32,000 bases of DNA, taken from the NCBI RefSeq assembly GCF_000306885.1, contig NC_018267.1:30001-62000 (forward strand), given 5' to 3'. The translations under genes were made by a program, and so were the position numbers. Positions 11,013-20,900 of this stretch are shown here, in pieces. This DNA comes from Wolbachia endosymbiont of Onchocerca ochengi (GTDB taxonomy: Bacteria > Pseudomonadota > Alphaproteobacteria > Rickettsiales > Anaplasmataceae). The number at the start of each line of letters is the position of its first letter. The stretch's first letter is position 1. The notes beneath the pieces are model-generated. The model was not told the DNA's origin and ran no database searches. It saw only the letters and a program-made list of their open reading frames with translations.

Positions 11013-11489
11013 ATGTCTACATCAATGATCATTGGCCTTGCTTTCTCAGTAGGTTTTATCTTTTCATATAGATTATTAAAGAAATTAATAAAAAATATCC
11101 TTAATAGAGAACGTGACAAGAGCAAGTTTACAAACGAAGAGGTTGAAAAATTCAAAAGAGATATGTTAGAATACTATAAAAAGTCTTCTGAAAAATACAA
11201 AAAATTAGATGCAGAGGTTAATAAAACAATAAATGAAGCACTCGATAAGGCTAACAGAATCATTAAGTATAATAGACAACAACTAGACCAGACGTTGAAT
11301 GAGAACGCTCGCTTCCACTTGAAGAAAGTCACTGACCAAGTTGAAAAAGCTATTGGAGATTTACAAGCTAGTACAGCAAATATAGCAGCTGATGCCGTAA
11401 AAAAAATAATACAAGTACATCAGGATAACAAGCGCAGTAGTGAAATCATATCTTCACTTTCACGTGATCTAAACAAAAAATTACATTAG
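11013..11489 (+). CDS. atpF: F0F1 ATP synthase subunit b
   Basis: 158 aa. N-terminal TM segment plus a long amphipathic charged helix. Position after b' matches the alphaproteobacterial F0 operon. GAGG lies upstream of the ATG. Confidence 0.8.
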   Translation: MSTSMIIGLAFSVGFIFSYRLLKKLIKNILNRERDKSKFTNEEVEKFKRDMLEYYKKSSEKYKKLDAEVNKTINEALDKANRIIKYNRQQLDQTLNENARFHLKKVTDQVEKAIGDLQASTANIAADAVKKIIQVHQDNKRSSEIISSLSRDLNKKLH

Positions 11490-11989
11490 GTTCAGTCAGC
11501 AATTTTCTGCCAGTGATATAGAAAAATTTAAGCTCGATTTCAGTTTACATTAAAGAGCAAGAAAAGATTTTTTATTATAAAATAATACCTTTCCTTGGTA
11601 AGGATTAAATAATACTACTTTTTTCTATGATTAAAAATACAAATTAAGGTAATAACTATTGGATCAAAGGTTACTATGATGATAACTGCGTATTGATAAA
11701 GGTAGGTGTAAACAGGTTTTAGATTCTCTTAACCAAAACCTTTAATATTTCAGAATTTGCGAGTAACTATTTATAGTATAAGAACCCCTAATTTCTCATC
11801 CAAGAGCATCAAACTAAGTACGATATTTCTCGCTTTTTTTTATGACTTCAACTTTAATTCCAACAGCAAATTATATATACTTTGCTTTGATGCTTTCATT
11901 TGGATTAGGATGTTCTAACTATTTATTTTAATTTATAACTATATTTTTTAACCTATAGTGACTCTTAACCAAAAAATAAATTGTAATGA

Positions 11990-12980
11990 GTTAAATGAAG
12001 AAGGTTTTCCCATATGTATATATTATTTTGTTACCTATTTTCAAAGAATAGTACAGTGTAGAACAATTCATTGAAAGTATTAAAAGTTTAAATTATTCAG
12101 AATCAAAATTAGATGTGAAGCTTTTTATAGAAAAGTACAATCAGGAAACACTTACAACTATAGCAAAAATATACTTTATCGCAATACTTTAAAGTAATAA
12201 AAGTGTTTCATTCTTTTCCTAAAACAAAAGCTAAGTCATACAATCATGACATGAACTTTGCTAAGAAAAAAGTGCGCGGCAATATATGATTCAAGTAACA
12301 AGATAGATCCGCTGCAGTTGAAAAACACTAATTGAACTTAATAAATGCGACAACAAGTCAGCCTGCGTGTAGGTGAGTTTAAACAACTACAATTATAGTT
12401 ACAGTTTTCTTATAAAATCTTTTTCTCTAGAATATATGAACTAATTTCAATATTTATTGCCTAGATTTGAAAAAATGAACATATCACCACCTCTAGGTAG
12501 TAGCAGTAACCATTCCTTGTAGAATTTTGAGAAAAGCCCTTTTCTGCAATATTTATAATCTCACTAAAGATGCTGACTTAACAAATTCGGAGATATTGAA
12601 AAAATTACTAACTATTATACTTGTTTGGATTAAGAAAAGAACATGCTGGATCAAATATTATGTGCAAACTTACATTATCTATTAAAAAAACATAAAACCA
12701 TTGAATAAATGCGCTGAATTTAAAGTAATTTTGCTATTGAACCCCTTCATTGGTTCTGCAACTTTATACTTCTCACTACTCCATCTTTATTACTTTCATT
12801 AATGTTAACTCGTATTTTAAATGAATTATTTTTGTATTATTCTATAATAGAGTACATGACTAATTTGACTCTTTTGATAAGAACTATCAATCAGCAAAAT
12901 ATGTCTTTATATTTTTATATAATATCAATATTTTTTCCTACCTACAGTCAGATACATAATAGTATTACATCCTTTCTCGC
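11990..12980 (+). pseudogene. Decayed membrane-bound family-2 glycosyltransferase gene
   Basis: Motifs are spread over three frames and broken by stops. They read FPICIYYFVTYFQRI (for P.VSIIVP.FKE), SLNYSESKLDVKLFIE, PKTKAKSYNH, CAAIYDSSNKIDPLQLK, ACV*VSLNNYNY, FSLEY..FQYLLPRFEKMNISPPLGSSSNH, LTKDADL and WIKKRTCWIKYYVQTYI. The order matches GT2 enzymes. Boundaries are approximate. Confidence 0.62.
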
Positions 12981-13010
12981 TTTGTGGGAACCAATTATTC
13001 ATCCTCGGCA

Positions 13011-14285
13011 ATGGAACAAAAGCAATCAAAATCTGTAGTCATCTGGCTCTTCCTCTGCTCTATCATGGTGATCATCATGGTGGGGATTGGAGGGTTTACA
13101 AGACTTTCAAAAGCAGGATTATCAATCACAGAGTGGAAACCATTTTCTGGAACATTACCACCATTGAGTGAACAAGATTGGCTGCAAGAAAAATCAAAGT
13201 ACGAGGCTACACCTGAATATAAAATATTTAACTACGGTATCAGTATGAAGGAGTTTCGTACTTTATATCTAATAGAATATATACATAGATTGGTTGCAAG
13301 GCTAACAGGTTTAGCTTTTATTCTGCCATTTATATATTTTCTGCTGAAAAAGAGAATATCTAAAAAGGCAGCAATAAGGCTATCTACAGCACTATTGTTT
13401 GGAATATCACAAGCTCTTGCTGGTTGGTACATGGTCAAAAGTGGGCTAGTATCTGAACCTCATGTCAGTCATTACAGGCTTGCACTTCACTTATTGTTAG
13501 CATTAATTATTTTTGCATTACTATCATATCAATTTTTTGATTACCAAATACGGATCCCAATGTTACGTACACAACAACTATACAAACATTACAATGTAAG
13601 AGTAATTTTCACCAAAAAAGGCATCATCCCAGTGCCCAAACACTGGGATCCAGAAGACTTAACCTTAAACAAACATGTCAAGCGACCATATAGTAAAAGC
13701 TGGACTCCAATGCCGAGTACTGGAATAACACCATTTACTGTGCAATTTACTTTTAAAAGCAAGTACTTGTACAGTTATATGTTATTACATACTAGGATAA
13801 TAGAATCCCAGTTTACTAGTCATAGTACATATCACACAATACTTATTCTGACTCTAGTTACTATACAAATAATCTTTGGTGTTTTTGTTGCAGGATTAAA
13901 TGCTGGTTTAATTTACAATACTTTTCCATTAATGGATGGACAAATCGTTCCAGAAGATTTACTTTCCTTGCAGCCTATATGGCTCAATATCTTTGAAAAT
14001 AGAGCGACAGTGCAATTTATACACCGAGCATTAGCATTGCTAATATTAGTTCTGACAATAATACTTACAATAAAAAATACCAGTGTAAAATCGGTATATG
14101 TTATGCTATTCTCCGTTATTATTCAGATGATTTTAGGGATAGTTACTTTGTTGTTTCACATACCAATAGCCGTTGCTGTAACCCATCAAATATTTTCGTT
14201 TATCTTGTTTGGATCAGGTTTATATTTTTTCTGCTATTTAAGAAAGCAGACCACATCACCAACTTGTACATTTTTTCCTTCTTGA
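13011..14285 (+). CDS. ctaA: Heme A synthase CtaA/COX15, carrying an in-frame repeat insertion
   Basis: Polytopic membrane protein with [19 protein letters not shown] and [18 protein letters not shown] motifs. ATG 13011 is preferred over the track's GTG 12984. About 90 extra residues lie mid-protein. Confidence 0.88.
   Translation: MEQKQSKSVVIWLFLCSIMVIIMVGIGGFTRLSKAGLSITEWKPFSGTLPPLSEQDWLQEKSKYEATPEYKIFNYGISMKEFRTLYLIEYIHRLVARLTGLAFILPFIYFLLKKRISKKAAIRLSTALLFGISQALAGWYMVKSGLVSEPHVSHYRLALHLLLALIIFALLSYQFFDYQIRIPMLRTQQLYKHYNVRVIFTKKGIIPVPKHWDPEDLTLNKHVKRPYSKSWTPMPSTGITPFTVQFTFKSKYLYSYMLLHTRIIESQFTSHSTYHTILILTLVTIQIIFGVFVAGLNAGLIYNTFPLMDGQIVPEDLLSLQPIWLNIFENRATVQFIHRALALLILVLTIILTIKNTSVKSVYVMLFSVIIQMILGIVTLLFHIPIAVAVTHQIFSFILFGSGLYFFCYLRKQTTSPTCTFFPS
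13548..13830. repeat. Palindromic repeat element block inserted in frame in ctaA
   Basis: Perfect inverted repeat ATCCCAGTG-CCCAAA-CACTGGGAT at 13626-13649. Degenerate partner GCTGGACTCCAATGCCGAGTACTGGAATAACA at 13699-13730. Further GGATCCCA-like half sites near 13552 and 13803. Confidence 0.7.
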
Positions 14286-16516
14286 ACGGGAATATTTTTT
14301 ATCACCATTTCTGATTCAGCACATATAATATTTTCCATCTTCATTGCTTCCACAACAAATAAAGGTTGTCCTACTCCTACCTGATCTCCAACATTTACGT
14401 GTAATTTAACTAATAAACCAGATATTGGAGATTTTACAGCATTTACTGCAACTCTTTCTGTTTCGTTATTTAGCATGAACTTACTTAATCTAGCTATATG
14501 AGGTTTAAACACACAACATTCAGCTTGCATCCCAGCATGTCTTATAAAATATCTACTACCTTGTTTCTCTACCTTTAGTATTATATTGGTATCATCATTA
14601 ATTGTGATAGATAGTAACCTATAACTTAACTTCCACTTACCTATTATAGAGTATGTATTGTGATTATATACTGTTGTTAACACACTATTTTGATACTTTG
14701 CATTTATGGAGTACTCGTTGTTATTTATTCTCACTATGAATAAATCTCTTGCACGACTGCCTGTAGTTCCATCATTATTAGATATTCCCCCAATATTATT
14801 AAGTGTCATTCTAACACCGCAAGGTGTCATCTGAGCAAATGACACTGGAACTAATTCTTCTCCTTTTCTAGATTCTAGTATCACACGCTGGAATGACATT
14901 AAAGACGTTTCATTTACTGCTTTATAATAGCACTTTTCCTCATTTTCCAAATGAACATACAGTACAGCAAAAATAAACACCTTAACATATTCTTCTGTAA
15001 CAAAATCACCGTGAAAACCATTTGGATAATGGTCTGAGATAAACCTCGTATGGAGTTTCGCTGCAACAAAATTTGGATGATGAAAGATGGATTCCAGAAA
15101 TTCTATATTATTTGTTACTCCTTCTATATAACACTCAGACAACGCTTTTTGCATTCTGCCGATTGCCTCTATTCTATCTTTTCCGTACGTTATCACCTTC
15201 ATGATCATTGAATCATAGAACATGCTAATTTCTGAACCTGCAGCAACTCCATCATCTATCCTTACACAGTTGTTAGATTCCTTACACAGCAATTGCTTTG
15301 ATGAAAGGTTAACAACACTACCCAGTGTCACTCCAGCGCATGATACCGAAACCCAATCGTTTTTTTCCTTGATAGCAGTGTTTGATACTGGAATAATAGG
15401 GAGTTGTGTAGAAAAATTTTCATCCGGTTTATTGTAATACCTTATCCTTCCACTAGAAGGAAAAAATTTTTTTGACGGGTCTTCGGCACAAATTCTGCTC
15501 TCTATTGCAGATCCAGTAAGTTTAATATCATCTTGACTAAACCTTAATTTTTCTCCACAAGAGGTTCTAATCATTTCTTCCACTATATCTATTCCTGTAA
15601 CAAACTCTGTTACTGGGTGCTCGACTTGTAACCTAGTATTTACCTCAAGAAAATAGAAATTTTGATTCTTATCTACAACAAACTCAACAGTACCTGCTGA
15701 AAAATAACCAACTTCCTTTGCTAAAGAAACACATTGGATATACATTCCTTGTCTTACCCTCTCACTGATGAACGGGCTTGGAGTTTCCTCTATTATTTTC
15801 TGATTATTTCTTTGTACTGAGCACTCCCTTTCTCCAAGACACACCACATTTCCATATTTATCTGCTATAATCTGTATTTCAATGTGCCGCGATAACTCTA
15901 TATACTTCTCTATAAAGATACTCCTATCTTTAAAACTTTTTTCTGCTTCGTTTGTTGCTGATATAAATGCTAATTCAATTTCCTTTTTGGAGCTTACAAC
16001 TCGCATGCCTTTACCGCCACCACCTAAAGCAGCTTTCAGTATAACGGGAAATCCAATCTCCTCAGCAACGCTAGCTGCATGGGCAGCATCATTGATCTTA
16101 CCTATATATCCCGGTACCGCATTGACCCCAGCCCTCTTTGCTGCCTCCTTTGCTGTTATTTTATTAGCTATCACTTCTATTGTTTCTGCACTTGGACCAA
16201 TAAAATCTATACTGTATCTTTGCAAAGCACGTGGAAAATCTGGGTTTTCTGCCAAAAAGCCATAACCGGGATGAACTGCCTGCACACCTGTTTCAACTGC
16301 TGCTTCACATATCTTTTCAATGTTTAAATAACTTAGATAAGAAGGCGAAGGACCAATGTACCTCGACTCATCTGCTTGTCTTACATGCACAGAATTTACA
16401 TCTGCATCTGAATACACGCACACACAAGATATACCTACTCTATGGGCAGTTCTGATGATCCTACAAGCAATCTCTCCCCTGTTTGCTATTAAAATTTTAC
16501 AGTACTTTCTTTCCAT
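14234..16516 (-). CDS. pccA: Propionyl-/acetyl-CoA carboxylase biotin-containing alpha subunit
   Basis: Starts with a biotin carboxylase ATP-grasp domain ([33 protein letters not shown]). Ends with a C-terminal biotinyl domain containing EAMKMEN. ATG at 16516; the track's GTG at 16519 is an alternative start. About 760 aa, roughly 95 more than I expect for this family. Confidence 0.9.
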   Translation of the reverse strand: MERKYCKILIANRGEIACRIIRTAHRVGISCVCVYSDADVNSVHVRQADESRYIGPSPSYLSYLNIEKICEAAVETGVQAVHPGYGFLAENPDFPRALQRYSIDFIGPSAETIEVIANKITAKEAAKRAGVNAVPGYIGKINDAAHAASVAEEIGFPVILKAALGGGGKGMRVVSSKKEIELAFISATNEAEKSFKDRSIFIEKYIELSRHIEIQIIADKYGNVVCLGERECSVQRNNQKIIEETPSPFISERVRQGMYIQCVSLAKEVGYFSAGTVEFVVDKNQNFYFLEVNTRLQVEHPVTEFVTGIDIVEEMIRTSCGEKLRFSQDDIKLTGSAIESRICAEDPSKKFFPSSGRIRYYNKPDENFSTQLPIIPVSNTAIKEKNDWVSVSCAGVTLGSVVNLSSKQLLCKESNNCVRIDDGVAAGSEISMFYDSMIMKVITYGKDRIEAIGRMQKALSECYIEGVTNNIEFLESIFHHPNFVAAKLHTRFISDHYPNGFHGDFVTEEYVKVFIFAVLYVHLENEEKCYYKAVNETSLMSFQRVILESRKGEELVPVSFAQMTPCGVRMTLNNIGGISNNDGTTGSRARDLFIVRINNNEYSINAKYQNSVLTTVYNHNTYSIIGKWKLSYRLLSITINDDTNIILKVEKQGSRYFIRHAGMQAECCVFKPHIARLSKFMLNNETERVAVNAVKSPISGLLVKLHVNVGDQVGVGQPLFVVEAMKMENIICAESEMVIKNIPVQEGKNVQVGDVVCFLK
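14760..14875. repeat. Second palindrome-containing in-frame insertion in pccA (copy 2, more tentative)
   Basis: GGTGTCAT-CTGAGCAA-ATGACACTGG hairpin at about 14823-14848. It lies in a stretch (..[30 protein letters not shown]..) that lengthens the linker between the carboxylase and biotinyl domains. Confidence 0.4.
15269..15418. repeat. Palindromic repeat element inserted in frame in pccA (copy 1)
   Basis: The plus strand reads CCCAGTGTCACTCCAGC ... TTTTTTT ... GCAGTGTTTGATACTGGAATAATAGG. It shares ACTGGAATAA and the CCCAGTG core with the ctaA element. It encodes [35 protein letters not shown]... between conserved ..YNKPDEN and CVRIDDG. Confidence 0.6.
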
Positions 16517-17280
16517 CACTGCATAAGTCTACTTTCTTAAATTGAGAAAGCAAATTTCTATGTCGCTGCTACAAATAAACTCTAACCTCATATCATAGAC
16601 ATACAGATCATTCAGAAGCTATTGTAGCTACTTAAGCTAGTACAAAATATTGAGAACCAAAAAATAAAAAGTATAAGAACAAATACAAGGCAGTAATGCA
16701 TGCTATAACTCCTACTATATAAATATAAACATAGAAGCCACTCTTTATGCTTGTAGCCTACTTAATTTCCCTCCATTTTATAATACCTGAGAAATAAATA
16801 GTGCTACACCACTCTCCAATTATTCCTTAACATAACCTTTATTTCTTTGTATATATTCTCAATATACTCCATCTTTAATTTTTTCCACTTCCTCTTAATT
16901 TTTAGCTTCCTCTGCCTTTTAAACCTTACTCTTAGGCACCTTCTTCTAAGTCTTTCATAACCTCTTTGAGTAGGTGTAGGATTCTGTCATTTATTCACTA
17001 TATTTAAAAATGGATTACTATTTTCATCAAGCCTACTTAGCTACATAAACAACATTCTCTTTATAAATTCTGACAAATTTACCTTTATCTCCTTTTCTTA
17101 TAGCATTAAGTCAATAAGCCATTAGATTGAACCATAACATGCCCTTCTATATTTAATTAATATTAAGTTATATACTATAATTCATAAAAAATATGACTTT
17201 ATCTTTTGAAATAAATAAATTATAAATTGTTATAAGCATAAATTTCAGCCATAATTATTTATATTACCGTAACAGCAAAT

Positions 17281-18645
17281 ATGCTAAGCATAATCACTAG
17301 ATTTGCTCCATCTCCAACAGGTTTTTTGCACATTGGTGGAGCTCGCACTGCTTTATTCAATTGGCTCTACGCAAAGCATCATGGTGGTAAGTTTTTACTA
17401 AGGATTGAGGACACTGACAAGAAACGATCAACACAAAAGGCAATTAATGCAATAATAGACGGCCTGAAATGGCTTGATGTGAATTATGATGAAGAAATAA
17501 TATACCAATCAAAAAGAACAGAGAGGTATGTTGAAGTTGCAAACCTTTTAGTCAAAAGAGGTAAGGCGTATTACTGCTATTGCCCTGAAAATAAAGTTGC
17601 AGAAAAGAAAGCAAAAGCAAGAGAAGAAGGAAAGATATACAAGCATAAATGCTTCAATGTAACACCAAATGTAAAGCCTGTTGTTCGATTTAAAGTCCCA
17701 GATTCACAAGATATCGTTGTTAACGATAAAATATACGGTCAAATTAAAGTAAATAGCAAACAAATTGATGACATAGTAATTTTACGTTCTGACAACACTC
17801 CAACATATATTTTTGCCGTGGTGATTGATGATCATGATACTAGAATAACTGATATAATACGTGGTTCTGACCATCTTACTAATACTTTTAAACAATTACT
17901 GATATATCAAGCCCTTGATTTTGATATCCCACGCTTTGCACATGTACCGCTGATTCACCAGGAGAATGGAAATAAGCTATCTAAAAGACATGGTGCAACA
18001 AGCATTTGCGATTATAAAAAAATGGGAATATTACCAGAGGCAATGCGCAACTACTTACTAAGACTTGGCTGGAGTCATGGAAACGATGAGATTATCAGTA
18101 GTGAGCAGGCAGTAGAGTGGTTCAATTTAGAAAACATTGGTCGTTCACCTGCACGCCTAGATTTTAAAAAGCTGAAATACTTAAATAATCACTATATTAA
18201 TAACATGAGCAATAAAGACATTCTGACTCTAATACTTAGAGAAAATACTCTAAACGATAAAAAAAAGAACTATTTACTACACGGGCTAACGGAACTAAAA
18301 AAAAGAGCAAGCTACCTGAACGAATTATTGGATTTAGCACAGTTTTATATTCAAGATCCACCACTTGATTTAAACAAAGAAGCCGAGCAAATTGTCAAAT
18401 CTAACCTCGATACAATCAAATTACTTGCGTCATTTCTCTTGAGAATTAGTCATGAAAACTGGAACAAGAACTCTCTACCTTCTCAAGTCAAGGAGTTTTC
18501 AAAGTTACATAATGTTAAAATAAGTGATGTGTACCACTCATTACGCGCCCCTATAACCGGAACAATGGATGCACCTGGGATCATCAATATAATGGTAACT
18601 CTTGGTAGAGACGAGTGTATAAGAAGACTACGGAACTATAGCTGA
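17281..18645 (+). CDS. gltX: Glutamyl-tRNA synthetase
   Basis: 454 aa. HIGH-type motif (PSPTGFLHIGGARTALFNW), KLSKRHG (KMSKS equivalent) and IEDTD. Confidence 0.93.
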   Translation: MLSIITRFAPSPTGFLHIGGARTALFNWLYAKHHGGKFLLRIEDTDKKRSTQKAINAIIDGLKWLDVNYDEEIIYQSKRTERYVEVANLLVKRGKAYYCYCPENKVAEKKAKAREEGKIYKHKCFNVTPNVKPVVRFKVPDSQDIVVNDKIYGQIKVNSKQIDDIVILRSDNTPTYIFAVVIDDHDTRITDIIRGSDHLTNTFKQLLIYQALDFDIPRFAHVPLIHQENGNKLSKRHGATSICDYKKMGILPEAMRNYLLRLGWSHGNDEIISSEQAVEWFNLENIGRSPARLDFKKLKYLNNHYINNMSNKDILTLILRENTLNDKKKNYLLHGLTELKKRASYLNELLDLAQFYIQDPPLDLNKEAEQIVKSNLDTIKLLASFLLRISHENWNKNSLPSQVKEFSKLHNVKISDVYHSLRAPITGTMDAPGIINIMVTLGRDECIRRLRNYS

Positions 18646-18675
18646 AGTTTGCCTTTTAAACGTATAGAATGTTAA

Positions 18676-19719
18676 CTAACTACCGATTAACATTGCCTTA
18701 AAAAGAGTACCCATATTTTCAGTTAACCTTAAAAACTCACTAAAAATTCTATTCTTATGTTCATCATTTGCATTTTTGATTAAAGTTTGTACCCTTTCCT
18801 TTATACCAAAAAGATATAAAAATTCTCTTTGAGTTAAAATTTCACACTCTATGTGTTTTAATGCGTCCTTCAATGCTTGAAAATTCACAAGCGCAGTAAT
18901 ATCATTATCACCAACATCTTCAAGAAAATTGGCATACCTGTGTTGTCTGATAGACTGTAAAGTGCTTTTATATGTAGGATATACATAGCCATAATCTATA
19001 ACTATAGCAGCCCCTCTGTTACTAACTATTTTTTCTTCAAGTTTTTTGAATATCTCAATTCCAGCTGAACATATTTCCACCACTGCACCATTAAAAAGCT
19101 CTTCATTCGGCATTTGAGTAGTTAATAGTGAAACATAGGATTTTTCCTTTCTGGATTCTAGTATTAGGCACTGAAACAATACCCCATCATCCCGCCTTGT
19201 TATCCTATTTTCATACCACTCACCATTATGATACACAAATTGATCTATAGGAAGAGCATCAAAGAATTCATTTGCTAAGAAAATAGTTGGCTGCTCCGGC
19301 AAATCATTAATATCTACGTGCCAATTAATATTTGATTCTTTTAATTTCCCCTTCTGTATCTTCTGTAAAGTAGGGCTGATCTCAATTAGGTGAATAGCCA
19401 TTGATCTAAAAAAATTACTGTGTTTTTTAGTGACTCTTATTATATCGTGAATAAGTGTTCCTTCGCCTGGCCCAAGTTCAACTAGAGAAAATTTTAGCGG
19501 CTTTCCTAATTTTTCCCACATATACATTACCCAAACTGCAATTATTTCACCAAATAATTGACTGATTTCAGGAGCTGTGATAAAATCATTATTTTTACCA
19601 AGTGGTGACCTATTCATATAATAGCCATGTTTTTTATGGTATAGAACAGCATTCATAAAGTCACTGATAGGTATTGACCCTTGGTTTTGATCAATTAATT
19701 TATATATATAAGAGAGCAT
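18676..19719 (-). CDS. SAM-dependent methyltransferase, MidA/NDUFAF7 (DUF185) family
   Basis: 347 aa. Motifs FITAPEISQLFGE and LVELGPGEGTL, with family-typical length and layout. Confidence 0.8.
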   Translation of the reverse strand: MLSYIYKLIDQNQGSIPISDFMNAVLYHKKHGYYMNRSPLGKNNDFITAPEISQLFGEIIAVWVMYMWEKLGKPLKFSLVELGPGEGTLIHDIIRVTKKHSNFFRSMAIHLIEISPTLQKIQKGKLKESNINWHVDINDLPEQPTIFLANEFFDALPIDQFVYHNGEWYENRITRRDDGVLFQCLILESRKEKSYVSLLTTQMPNEELFNGAVVEICSAGIEIFKKLEEKIVSNRGAAIVIDYGYVYPTYKSTLQSIRQHRYANFLEDVGDNDITALVNFQALKDALKHIECEILTQREFLYLFGIKERVQTLIKNANDEHKNRIFSEFLRLTENMGTLFKAMLIGS

Positions 19720-19822
19720 ATATTAATAAATGTTTAATCATCGCGTGTCACAATACAAATTAGTAGAGTATTTATATCTATAGTATAAACTTTAAGAGCT
19801 TATTAACAATAGTGCTTCGATT

Positions 19823-20197
19823 ATGAGCGATCAGGATATTAACAATTATACTATTTTTATAAACCCAGATGATAGTATTGAATGTAAACTTGATGAAACT
19901 GTCAATTTTATAGAAAATAAGGTTATAAGCACTGATGGGTTAACTCTAATAGAAGTATTTCAAGCACTAGTTCAAATGCTAAACGGCGATTCAGAAGTAG
20001 TAAAAAAAGTACTAGCATATGCCAATATTATGGCAAAACATGGAACAAAAATAGCGAAAGAATCACAACCAAGTAGAGCTGAAGTTCTTCGATTTCTTAG
20101 AGGTAAAGAAAATGTTGCCAGCAGACAAGAACCTGTAAAGAAGCCATCCCCTACACCTGCTGTAAAATCAATCAAAAAGAAAATTAGAGGTTTTTAG
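19823..20197 (+). CDS. Hypothetical protein, acidic N-terminal part and basic C-terminal tail
   Basis: 124-aa ORF in an otherwise ORF-poor context. Its TAG (20195-20197) abuts the ATG of the next ORF. I recognise no motif. Confidence 0.55.
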   Translation: MSDQDINNYTIFINPDDSIECKLDETVNFIENKVISTDGLTLIEVFQALVQMLNGDSEVVKKVLAYANIMAKHGTKIAKESQPSRAEVLRFLRGKENVASRQEPVKKPSPTPAVKSIKKKIRGF

Positions 20198-20482
20198 ATG
20201 GCTAATTCTATAAAAAAATTTACTGTGCAATGTGACTTCAAAGGACAAACTTCACCTTTTACGATATACATAGGAAACCCAAAAAGTGACACTCATCCGA
20301 TTCACCATCAAGATTCCTGGCTCGTAAGAGAACGTGGAGGTAATATTCCTAGTAAAGTAAAAGAAAGCCTGCAAAAATTGCACAAATTATCTAAAGAAAA
20401 TGGAATCTCTTTTTCAGAGTTATGTGCATATGCCATAACAGTGATTAACAATAGTGGTAAAACAAGCAATAGCAAAAAATAG
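20198..20482 (+). CDS. Conserved small hypothetical protein (possibly DUF2610-like)
   Basis: 94-aa ORF starting immediately after the upstream stop. The FTVQCDFKGQTSPFTIYIGNPKSDTHPIHHQDSWLVRERGGNIP pattern resembles a small alphaproteobacterial family as I recall it. Unverified. Confidence 0.6.
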   Translation: MANSIKKFTVQCDFKGQTSPFTIYIGNPKSDTHPIHHQDSWLVRERGGNIPSKVKESLQKLHKLSKENGISFSELCAYAITVINNSGKTSNSKK

Positions 20483-20731
20483 CATATTATATTCCTAGTA
20501 TCTATTTTTTGTTATCTAAATCTTACACCAAGATTCATACAAATCTCCAATTTATAAAACGTTACATTACTTGTATTTTATCAGCATAGCATAAAAGCAA
20601 TTTAATACAGATATAATTAAATGCTGATGAAATTTATACTAAACTATTCAGTTGCCCTTAAAATTGTTATCTCCCTCATAGAGATAAAAATAAGATCAAA
20701 GGCATTGTATAGTTTTAACTCAAGTTGAACA

Positions 20732-20900
20732 ATGAACAGTAAAGAAAGTATCTCTTGCTAAGAAAAGGCCATTCAAAAACTTCATACCCTGATAAGGCAA
20801 GTAGAAAATCTAAAGCAAAGCCAACATCATATTATGTGAACGAAATGTTATTCATGACATTTGTACACGAACAATTATTCATATTTCGTGGAAGCAGAGA
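20732..20900 (+). pseudogene. xseB: Possible relic of exodeoxyribonuclease VII small subunit gene
   Basis: MNSKESISC*EKAIQKLHTLIRQVENLKQS... resembles the XseB N-terminus (..SFEEA...LE.IV..LE.G..) but has an in-frame stop and a later frameshift. The similarity is weak and short. Confidence 0.3.

Noticed and set aside
12802-13038. 78-aa ORF just upstream of and overlapping the ctaA start
   Set aside because: Best explained as the hydrophobic tail of the decayed GT2 glycosyltransferase relic running into the ctaA leader. Not an independent gene.
13232-16455. Shadow ORFs inside ctaA and pccA (13232..13438, 15222..15437, 15882..16265, 16079..16327, 16231..16455)
   Set aside because: All are antisense or out of frame to strongly supported genes and show no motifs.
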